Of a DNA stretch of 64,000 nucleotides, positions 37,060 through 47,274 are shown piece by piece (within the stretch, counting starts at the first letter, position 1; each line of letters starts with the position of its first letter). A program made the position numbers and the translations under genes. Where the stretch lies: assembly GCF_001194135.2 (NCBI RefSeq), contig NC_068985.1, forward strand, positions 32,361,145 to 32,425,144. The letters run 5' to 3'. The stretch is from Octopus bimaculoides. Taxonomy: Eukaryota. The notes under the pieces are model-generated. The model did no database searches. It saw nothing but the letters and a program-made list of their open reading frames with translations, and had not been told where the DNA came from.

Positions 37060-38173
37060 CCCCTTCCAGATAGATTTAGCACTGACAGTCTGTGCTGTGT
37101 ACCAGTATTAGGCCATTCAGTAACTACATAATTTTTCATACAAGAATTTTAGTGCTTTTACAGATTCTTCTCAGTGTGGTATGTTTGAAAATACAGTACT
37201 GCAGAGAGCAAGACATTGCACTACTCACATTCAAAGTTTGTTTCTTTTCACACACTGCACTGCATACATAGAACACATCTTCTGTTCAGTCAATAATTGG
37301 ACGTGGTGTACCAATTTGTCACAGTGCAAATGTGTTTGATAGGAGTCCAGGCATCATGAAAAGTCTCGGAGACTGGAATGGTGTGCTCAATGCATCCACA
37401 TTGGGGACTCATTCTGGGCCACTCCATGAATCCATTACTTCGGGAAATTTTCCTTCTTCATCCAGCAAATAGTTTCACCGGTATCATGAGACCTCCCAGC
37501 ATACGCAGCCAGTGGTTCATCAGAATCCAAGGATGAACTACTGTCTCTCAGTTCCTGCTGGCTGTCGTGATTCATCACTCTCACTGTTGGATTCTTGGTA
37601 GTCACTCTCTTGGCTCAAATCATAATCTGATTTATCATCATCATCATCATGACAGGAACACCCTGATGCTGGTTCTTTGTGCCTCTGAACTTCACGTTTT
37701 GGAGAAATACCGATTGTGAGAAAATATGTAAAACGTTGAATAGCAACATTCATGCTTTTACAGATCACTTTGATTTGTGAAACTGAGCAGAAGTATTATT
37801 CACTTTTGTAAGCTTCTGAGCAGAAGTAATATTCACTTTTTCACACTAATAACTGAGATACGCGTGACTACACATCAGTCACATTCATCTAACTTCATCT
37901 GTGGTCTTCGCATAACAATAACCCCCCAAAAAACAGCTTATCCAAAATTCCAAACTGTGAAGTAAGTTGTGTCCATATCTATCATCCACTGTTATCAGAA
38001 ATTCCAAACAAAAATATAGCCATCATCCGCTGTTATCAGAAATTTGTAACGGAAATGTAGACTGTAGCCATAGCTGCTATGCAGCTGTACACTAATGTGG
38101 CGATGGCCTCCACTGTCGTCCAGCCACATGCAGTGTGTCAATGTAACCAGTATTGCTTCCCGTCTCCAAGGGG
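37060..38173 (-). mobile_element. Internally deleted piggyBac-like element (1114 bp) between TTAA sites
   Basis: TTAA(37056-59)-CCCCTT...AAGGGG-TTAA(38174-77). Acidic N-terminus DDDDDKSDYDLSQESDYQESNSESDES. C-terminal Cys-rich domain RRCVLC...KETNFECE*CNVLL...FQTYHT at 37283-37158. Confidence 0.85.
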
Positions 38174-38582
38174 TTAAGTAACATGTTTATGTTGTAGCTG
38201 ACAAAAGTTACTTTTACTTGTGGTATCCAGTAACACAATTATATGTAGTGATCCATTTCCTTGCACTGATCTTCATTACATTATCTGGCAAATTATATAT
38301 AGGTTTCTAACATTATGTTCTGTGAACATTGATTCATTAATTTACTGAATGTAAATGTGTTAATATGATGCAAATTAATAAAGTATTTGGTAACTCAAAT
38401 TTTAGTTTGGTCATTGTCCACATACACACAACCTTCCTAACCTGTGAACAGCCTAAGAATATATGACTAACCACCACAGTGAAATCATATAGCCTTGGTA
38501 ACAACAATATAACTCAGCAGATCTGCATTTGGTCAAATAGCCAAAGAATACATGAATACCAGTTCATAAAATTTTTAAATTC

Positions 38583-39597
38583 TCATGTTTTGCTCAAAGT
38601 TTCACTGTACACGATTTCTATAGAAAGTCTTTCTTCATTATTTCCCCTGCTTGTTAATCTGCGTGACTTTGTTCATATCCAATAATTTTCAAGCACTAGA
38701 AAAAGATACATATAGTTTTTCATGGCTGAACACTGGCTATGGTATGTGTATCCTTACTTTATTAAAAGTCTGACCTTGTGTTACATTTATAGTCATAGAA
38801 CATGATAAGCATAGTGGAAATTGGATCCTTTCCATTTCAAATGGTAAATTTGTGTGGCTTGGTTTCAATCTAACTATAGATATTAACACTCATAATCGAG
38901 TTATTTTTCTAGCTTCAATAGTTAAGGACCTTGATTCTGGTTCCATTTTAAAGTTCTTGTTGCATCATAACTGCTCCAGTTTTCAGACTTAGAATATGTG
39001 GTGGCATTGCAGAGGAGTGTTCAGCTTGTAGTTGATTGTCACTATTGAAATATTTTGGAGAATTACCTGTTGGTTGCAAGATAATCTGTTTTTGGGTGAG
39101 AGAATTACACCTTATAGCTTCTCTTCCTATGTTGCATTATTGAATAGAAGATCAACTATTGATCCTTCAACACATAATGTCACTTATTTCCACATTATCA
39201 TTGGAAAATGGCTTTTTTTTACTGAAGCAGTTTCATTTCCAATTTGAAGTAACCAGTTTGCCAAGTCACTTGGCTGTTTAGTGGCGTGCAAATTTTGAGA
39301 TTGCTGATATTCTTTGAAATGTGACTAGCAAGTTCTTGTGACCAGCAGAAGTATAGGCAAAATTTGTCTGAAGTCTCCATCTTGTAGGGCAATTTTGCCT
39401 CTACAAAAATTGTCTGAAGGGGAATTTTTCTGGATCTCTTGGGCTAACTGTAGATACATAGCTAATCACATTGTGATTTATTTTTATTCATATCTGCTTC
39501 CTATTTCTTTCACTAAATACATAAGAGGGAGTTTCACAGTACATAAGATTATATACATTTACTTTATGGCTATTCAGTTTAAGCCATGCAGTTAAAA
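38583..39597 (-). mobile_element. Helitron RepHel fossil, downstream part (including PIF1-like helicase C-terminus)
   Basis: ILTAWLKLN..LMYCETP..TVSPRDPEKF, then GDFRQILP, DLANWLLQIGN, ILSPKN, MPPHILSLKTGAV, NGTR, LPFEMERIQFP, MTINVTQGQTFNKV, PVFSHEKLYV, IVYSETL. Confidence 0.9.
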
Positions 39598-39599
39598 TA

Positions 39600-40968
39600 T
39601 TGGGTCATTAAGAATGAAATGTCTGATTTTCTTATGCACCAAGTTTGACAGGCGTTAACTCTTATGTTTGATTCTAATAATTCTTTGTTTTACAACATTG
39701 AAGAGTTACATCATCACTTTTCAAAATGTAATTCATGGTTTCTGATTATATTGTGAGTTTTCTCTAGTAAATCAACTTTTTTGAATCCATGGATTGATTA
39801 AAAATTTGTGTTTATGAATATAAGTTCCATCATGGAACCAATGCATCCCAGACAACTTGAAACATCAGTGAGGTGTTTGGTGAAGATGGGGCAAATGAGT
39901 ACACTGTATGTCGAGAAGTTCTAGTCTGGTGACTTTATTCTTGAAAATCAGCCCCGTGGTAGAACTGAGACCAAGGTGATTATGGTGAGCTGGAAACTGC
40001 AGTGGAAGCAGATACATCTTTATTCATGAGTTAGCAGCAAGGTTTGATGTTTCGATTCCAGCTGAACAAATGGGTACCACATGAACTGAACAAGCATCAG
40101 ATGACGTGTCGTTTTGAAATTTGTAGTGGAAGCAGATACATTTCAAACTACACGTGAGTTAGCAGCAAGGTTTGATGTTTCGATTCCAACTGTATTGGAC
40201 CATCTGAAACAAATCGGCAAGGTAAAGAAGCTGGACAAGTGGGTACCACATGAACTGAACGAGCATCAAATGACACGTCATCTTGAAACTTGCTGTTCTT
40301 TGCTGTCACAGCATAAAAGCGAACCATTTTTGCATCATATTGTTACGTGTGATGAAAAATGGATTCTTTTCAACAATAGCAAGCATTCTTCATGGTGGTT
40401 GGATAGGGATGAAGTACTAAAACACAATCCAAAAAGAATATTCACCAAAAAAAAAGCTAATGGTGTCTGTTTGGTGGTTCAGCACTGGTGTCAGCTACTA
40501 TCGCTTCAAGAGACCTGATAAGTCAGTTACAGCAGATGTATACATCAACCAACTGGATGAAATGATGAGTGAACTTGCAATTAAACAACCGAGATTGGTC
40601 AATAGAGACAGGCCAATTCTCTTGCAGGACGATGCTCGACCACATGTTGCACAAAGAATGCTACTCAAGTCACAGCAAGTGAACTTGGAAGTACTCTGTC
40701 ATCCACTATATTCACCACTAGGCATTAGACAACATTTTGCAAGGAAAAAACTTCAAATCTGAAGAAGATGCGAAAACAGCCTTTTGTGATTTCATCACCT
40801 CTTGCTCTCCAGAATTCTTCACTGTTGGCATCAAAAAGCAACCAATAAAATGGCAAAATTGTGTTGATAATTTAGGTGTATATTTTGATTAACTGCATTG
40901 CTTTTTGTTGGGATAAAGTAAAATAAACTTTTAGTTCAAAATCAGACATTTCATTTTTAATGACCTGA
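39600..40968 (+). mobile_element. Hsmar1-like (cecropia-subfamily-like) mariner, full length but defective
   Basis: 31-bp TIRs (39600-39630 and 40938-40968) flanked by TA. Motifs WVPHEL, IVTCDEKW, QDDARPH, HPLYSP. The segment that should carry the third catalytic D is deleted. Frameshifts and an internal duplication are present. Confidence 0.95.
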
Positions 40969-40970
40969 TA

Positions 40971-41360
40971 GTATTACAGTTGTGTTGAGCTTCAATGGCT
41001 TGATGAACTTTTACTTCTTTGAAAGTACATCATTAATGATCTTAAAAGTTGATGTATATACTCTGTAAGCTATGTGACAAACATCTTCAGTAGGGGGCAT
41101 GTATCTATAAGTAAGATATGGCTTTATTTCATCTTGCTGAACTTGTAACTTCATTTCTCTCTCAAAGTTGTCTGTAACAGCTGACACAAAGATAGCTAGA
41201 GCATTGTAAGTATCTAAAAGAAACACATTCATATCTTTTGTAAATGTATTTTAAAGACATATTTGATATTTTTTGCAGATGAACATATCTCAAGATTAAT
41301 GTGAGTCTGACACTTTTCAGTAGTGTGTGTTACATAGTACCACATAGTGATTATTAACGA
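40971..41360 (-). mobile_element. Helitron RepHel fossil, upstream part
   Basis: VNNHYVVLCN / THINLEICSSAKNIKYVFK / YIYK / DEIKPYLTYRYMPPTE matches the conserved Helitron VDNRWVVPYN..HINVE.C..KYLFKYIYKG..DEI..RY pattern. Confidence 0.85.
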
Positions 41361-43139
41361 AATGGCATCCAACTTGTACTTTAAGCCTACTATCTTGTCT
41401 GAGTGTAAAAAGAATCTACTTTGTTTCGTTTGACCCATACCAGTAAGAAAAGTGGGCGTTAAAATGATAAAGATGATGTGTGTGTAATTTGAAGATGTTG
41501 AATCTGTATTGTTATTCCTTTTCTCATAGCATGACATGACATAAGTAGCCTTTCTCTTTATATTAGGATTACTTTGAGGATGCATCCAGCTTCATCATAA
41601 ATTTGGTTTTTTTCTTCATGACTTTCAGCTAATTTTGATACTATAAATTTATGCTATATTTATGCTTTTTATCATAATTTTGTGTTGAAAATATTAAACA
41701 TTTTCAAGCAGTTAGTTGCTTTTAAAGAGTTAGATAATAACTCGCAAAAGTAATTTTTTTTTATCTATTTTGTTGGATTTCTTACTCTTCTGGGGATGAG
41801 ATATTGTTCCAAGTATATTTCTCTTTGTGTGTTCATTATCATTGCCACTTTAAAGATATTTTTCTATACTAAAGATATTTTTCTATACTGGTTGGATTTG
41901 ATGTGCACAGTATTTACTATATATCATTTTACCCTTGAGGTTTAACCTTGAAATTTTTAACTTGACTACTTCTTTCCTTTTTCTTTCAGTATGTAGCACT
42001 CCTCCATTTGCATCTCCTGTCCCTATGAATGCATTTGCCTTTCTTGTATATATTGCCGATTGCTTGCAATGCCCAAGCACCCTCTCAGTCAAGTTTTACC
42101 TTAAATATTCAACAAATTATATTCAACTTCTTTCTCTCTGCTACCATATATCTTCTGTATTCAATGCCTATGTCTTATAACTGGGCAGCATCTGTCTCAC
42201 ACATTTCATACTGTCTACCTAAAGTTCTATCATATTAATCTAATGATTATATACTATAACTATTTCCATCACTAATTAGGTCACCTAGGTAACAAAACTA
42301 CTACTCATAGTGACTCATTTGAGCAGTTCATGAACTTCTTTTCATGAGTGTTCTCTTTGCAGGTATACCTTTTATATAGTATTGCTCTGTTTTGATACCT
42401 TTGTTAAGGCAATTTCCCAGATGTATACGTTTAAAAGATTGTAAAAACATAAAAATATTTTGACTCCTTAACAATCTATGTTTAAATTAAATAACTAGCA
42501 GACAAGAATTTATCCTATTCCTCCCTCTAATTTTTTCTTTTACTAAAATGTTTATGATCAATATAAATCATATTCGTGTATTTTTTTTTCCAACATATCC
42601 TTCTGTTTACATTTAATAGTAGTTGGTTTTGTTACACTTGGCATCAGTTTTATATAAATAGCTTTTAAGATTGTATATAATGGAATATAACAACAAATAG
42701 AAATTCAAGTCATGAGTCAGCTAGTCATCAGTGTTTGCTCTCTAATCTTGATTTTCTGATTACCTCTTTTCAGCTTAATTACTTAATACTACTTATTTAA
42801 TTCCTATTATTGTATCTTCTCCTTATTAAAGAATGCTGCTCTCAAATTACTGTTTAGCATTTTTATTGCTCTTTTGTTCTAGCTCTTTATTGTGTTTGAA
42901 GATTTACTGAATACATTATTTCATAGTGCCACTGAGCAGCCGGCACATTATACTTTTGATATTGCAAACTAAAATACAAAAATCTTAGTATGAATTGTCT
43001 GATGTGATATGGGGGAAATCTGACTTTGTTATTAGTATTATGTTACATACATATGATTTGGGAAAGTTTTAGATTGAAAAGTATGAGAGATTGAGTAGAT
43101 GATTGTAAGAACCCATTTGGAAAGCTATGGACTTGGAAA

Positions 43140-43275
43140 GTCTGCTGCACCAGTTATTGGGTATGACTCCTTCCTGGACAACCTGACCAACTATACAGGT
43201 GACTAGGCCATATCCCACTCTGTCAGCTATGATAGTAATTCCTGATGGGCCAGCGGCTTTCCCTATCTTCAATCC
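43140..43275 (-). mobile_element. RTE RT N-terminal fragment
   Basis: ORF 'MKIGKAAGPSGIT..VGYGLVTCIVGQVVQEGVIPNNWCS' shows the KAxGPxG..IPxDW pattern. Confidence 0.7.
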
Positions 43276-43288
43276 TCAAATATACAAT

Positions 43289-43329
43289 GCACACACACAC
43301 ACACACTCACACTCACACTCACACTCACA

Positions 43330-43391
<62 letters not shown>
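43289..43391. repeat. (CA)n-(CACT)n-(CT)n compound microsatellite
   Basis: Read directly from the sequence. Confidence 0.95.
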
Positions 43392-43395
<4 letters not shown>

Positions 43396-43459
43396 TTCTT
43401 TCCCTCTCAACTATCTTTATTGCATTTCTCTTTACTATCTTCCTCACTGCAATATACAA

Positions 43460-44000
43460 ACAGTTATCAAGTGAGAAAACTTCTCTGGTGATGTCAGTCT
43501 AAGCTTTACAATATTTCCCTCTCTCTGAGAATCTGCTCCAATCCAGGGAAATACTGGTTGTATTTCATCCTCTATAAAGGTAATCTTTCTGACTTTACCA
43601 ATTTAATAACTTACTATCCATCATGGAAATAACCATAAATAATAACCTTCTTTGCGTTTCTTTCTTTTCTCAACCAAATATATAAAACACCAGATATCTC
43701 TTGTTATCGGAAAATTCTGGAAAAGTAATATTGTTGCCCTTGACATTCATAAACTTGCTGATCTATGGGTTCTTTTTGTCTGTTTTTTTTTTGAGCAGGG
43801 ATTGTTGTCTAACTACTCTATTGCAACATGCATTGAAGCAGTTTTCTCCAACCCACATTCTATAAATCTAGAGTACCTCAGGAGTAGATGGTCTCTCACA
43901 CTGTTCTGTACATTAACAAACTTTTTGCTTTAACCACACTCTCCTGTGCAAACAATGCCATCTATCATTCCTTAGTTTTCTATGCATTGAATTTAAAGTT
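43460..44000 (+). mobile_element. Decayed CR1/L2-group RT fragment
   Basis: KGNLSDFTN, IVALDIHKLADLW and a frameshifted GVPQ-like motif followed by SLTLF. Confidence 0.65.
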
Positions 44001-45199
44001 CCACAAACTGTACAAATGTTAGGCCTCACAATATCTGACCTCTCATGGCAATTTTACATTAGTAACAAAGACAAACCTGCATCTCAAAAACTCTCTCTTC
44101 AGAGCCAGATTACTTCAGTAACATCAGATGATCCCTTTCAAAGCATGTGGTGTGATCTACTTGTACTAGTTACAAGTGATTGTATGTGATTGTATTATTG
44201 ATTCTGACACACGGACATTCTAGACTATAAATGTCAAACACCTGATTCAATTTTATAGCAAAAAAAAACATTTTTTACTTTTCAAATATTTTATGTATTC
44301 GGTGTTGGAATCTGACCAGAATTTCATTTAATATCTGTTTGATGACTCAAATTGGTACACCTCAGGGAATCTTTTTGAACATCAGCTGATGAGAAGAAAC
44401 TTATGAAATCAAAAACTAAAGGATGCAAGCTCTTTCCACTTTGTTTATAAATGCTGAACCAGAGAGAATCCCCTCTGGTCTCAAATTTAGATGTGTTTGT
44501 CTGACTGAATTCTAGTGATGTGCAATTTTGAAAAGTTTTGCAGCTGAAACAGTGCACACTTTCTATCAAACATTGATCTTAAGAACTGTTTGCATTTATT
44601 CTATTTCTGTTCTCACTCTGAGGTTGCTTACTTAATAAGACTGTATATATAACATGGATTAATTTTTCTCACACATCTCTGCATACAAACATTGCTAATG
44701 TATATTCTTTTCTTATATTGTGAAAAAAAAGTTATAATGTATTCTTGTCCAGTTATTTTGACCTATATTATGAACGTGGGTTCTTTAAGAAATAATTATC
44801 TTATCTGGTCTGGTAGATTTTGTTTATGCATCAATCCAGCCCACAAGATCTAGTTTGTTTCAATCCAACTCACAAAACCAAATGAATTTGACAACCCTAC
44901 CCTAGATCATATATAAATATATAAAAATAAGAGCAATTCATTTACACACCAGCCCAGAGACATACTGTTTCTTCTACCACTACTATAATGGATTTGCTCT
45001 TCTTAACTAGCAAGCTATATACCATTTCTGCCCAAGTTCAGCCATTGTACTCCTCTTTTCCCTTTTAACATTACAATGCTACTTTTTAGAACCTTTACCA
45101 ATTCATTAAATCAAACATTATATTGATATCAGCTAAAGTGACAATTCATTTATGATAATTGTTGCACTATTGTCAAGAAATCTCATTTGTGTTGGCTTA

Positions 45200-45530
45200 A
45201 TGATTGGTATACAAATTTAGAGTTTTGCGCTCAAATCCTCACAGATCTGAAGGAAGCAAAAAACGTATCTGTCAAGAAATTCTTCATTCAGCTGCAGAAT
45301 TCCCAAAGGTCAATATCAGCTCTACATATGATGCACCATACCATTCAAGCACTTGATCCTGCAAATTTTGCAATATTGAAGTTAAACAAGTAACTTCAAA
45401 TGGTTTAGCTCACAAACAGTTACTCTCTGAAACAAATTTCTGTAAAAGCTGTAATAAAGATCATTTTGATCTAATCAATAGCCTAATCTGATCCTTGTCT
45501 AGTCAAGCAGTTGTAGTCACTAAATGTGGC
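45200..45530 (+). mobile_element. Possible hAT (Buster/SPIN/Charlie-like) transposase C-terminal remnant
   Basis: Frameshifted EFPK...SST*SCK..FAILKLNK...KQ..SH* resembles EFP..FSSTYLCE..FS.LK..K..KQ.SH. A hAT-like end 'aaatgaatttgacaaccct' lies at about 44880. Confidence 0.4.
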
Positions 45531-46280
45531 TTCTAATACTGTTGTCTACATATGATGTCTTCATTAAAAAAATTTTTTTTTTACAAAAAGTTTCCAAAAC
45601 AGGAGAGGCAAAAAGTTACTTTTTGATGAATTAAAATTTGCTTAATATATGAATAAATTCCTTTGTTTTTCTGTAACCAAATTTATATAATAATGATTAT
45701 ATGCTGAGCTGCTGTGGTTACTTTGGTTAATGTGTGCCACAAAAATACCTCAGTATTCAATTATGTTTAAAACTACTGACTGATGTCCAGATCTTTGAAA
45801 ATATTTTGGCTTTAAATTTGCTGAAAAAACTTATGGAAAAAGGTAATTGAAATTTGAGAGATGTAAAGAAAGGAAGAAATGAATTGGATGCAGTTTTATG
45901 TTTTACAACCTAAGATTGAACACTGCTTTTACAATATTTAAAAAACAAAAACATTCTTTTTCCTATCTTCTCTATGTGCATGACCCTATAACTTGAGTGC
46001 ATTTTAAACTTGTCTTGTGGCTTACATCACTTTCTAAATTAGATCTGCTTCCATTATCACCTGTTATCTTCAAAGGTTCTAAAAATATGTTTAGTGCATT
46101 TTATTTGGGAAAAACAATGTAGAAGAAAATTTTGAATAGCTATGGTTATTGTAGAAGAGGTTGAGAAAGTATTCTTCGATGGTTTGCCAAGGACCAATTG
46201 TTTGGTTTAAGATTGCATTCTCTTAGGATTATTTTAGAGCAAGACTATTCATTCTTTAAAGAAATGAATTTTCAATATTC

Positions 46281-46389
46281 CTTTATTCTTTTCAGTCATT
46301 TGACTGCGGCCATTCTGGAGCACTGCCTTTAGTCGAACAAATCAACCCCAGGACTTATTCTTTGTAAGCCTAGTACTTATTCTATCGGT
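46281..46389 (-). mobile_element. 3' tail fragment of a family-Y SINE
   Basis: Minus strand 'ggcagtgctccagaatggccgcagtcaaatgactgaaaagaataaag'. Confidence 0.75.
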
Positions 46390-46910
46390 GCAAGTCATTT
46401 CAGTTTTGGGCTATTCAAGATAAGACTTGGATCTTCATTTTGTAGCTGTAAGGCACTGAAATACTTTTGAGTTCTGAAAAGACCTGAATTTCACTTATGA
46501 TGGACATGTGAGCACTTTAGCCAAAATATGTAAAAATTAAATTCTCAGTACTTCCTATACTTAGGTTTAAAATAGTTGCAACATTTATCAATTCTGTTAG
46601 TGCAGTAAAAGCATTGGTTTGCTGTCTAGATAATTTTGAATTATGTAGGATAAATTCCTCAAATGGAATTACATTTTAGTTCTTCATCAGGTTTCTTGAA
46701 AATTTTGATACAAAAAAAAAAAAAAAAAGGTGGAGAGAAGAAGAAAAACAACAAAAACAAGCTAATTCCAATTCTAACATTCTTTTTATATTTATATTTT
46801 GAAATTTATTTTTTTATAAATATTAATGACTTAAGAAGCAAGACTTAAATTATTTCATTTTTAAATATATTTTCTAATGCTTCTTTTTTTTCCCCTTCTT
46901 TTAACTATAG

Positions 46911-46959
46911 GTAAGTTAAGATTGATGGGTATGATTAACTTTGCGTTACATCTCAAGCA
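46911..46959 (+). other. 49-nt exon or recursive-splice (RS) exon candidate
   Basis: CTAAT at 46874, 23 pyrimidines (46880-46902), TAG|GTAAGT, and a second donor GCA|GTAAGT at 46960. One open frame: (x)KLRLMGMINFALHLK(Q/H). Confidence 0.6.
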
Positions 46960-47059
46960 GTAAGTACATTTGAAACATTTGTTTTTTATATAAATTTCTG
47001 CCAGTTCTGTGAGGGTTTCAAATTAATTATTAGATTGTCTGTGTAATTGTGTTGACATA

Positions 47060-47274
47060 TGAGAGAGTGCTGAAAAGTTCCTGGCGTTGGGTAAAAGAGA
47101 AGACAGGAGAATCAGTTAATTATGACTTTATTCAACATATTTCTCTCTGATTCACACACTTATTGCAGCAGTCCTTCAGTTTTTCTCAGCCCTGTAAAAG
47201 AACTCGGAAGGTTGGACTTCCAACCAGGCCTTTTGCAATACCCTTAAAGCCAGTAACTTTTCAGCATGCCCATG
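47060..47274. mobile_element. 215-bp mariner-type MITE
   Basis: TA flanks at 47058-59 and 47275-76. About 29-bp imperfect TIRs with core TGCTGAAAAGTT(C/A)CTGGC. No coding capacity. Confidence 0.75.

Noticed and set aside
38748-38757. U12-like donor GTATCCTTAC
   Set aside because: It lies inside the antisense Helitron helicase sequence (KVRIH codons), so it is coincidental.
41851-41888. Exact 19-bp tandem duplication (a similar one at 48172-48208)
   Set aside because: Two-unit local duplications are common slippage or repair products. Nothing distinguishes them from background.
46925-46959. Resemblance of MINFALHLK to the N-terminus of CZIB/C1orf123-type proteins (MGKIALQLKA)
   Set aside because: Too short, the next residue is Q/H rather than A, and no following exons were found. 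No gene name assigned.
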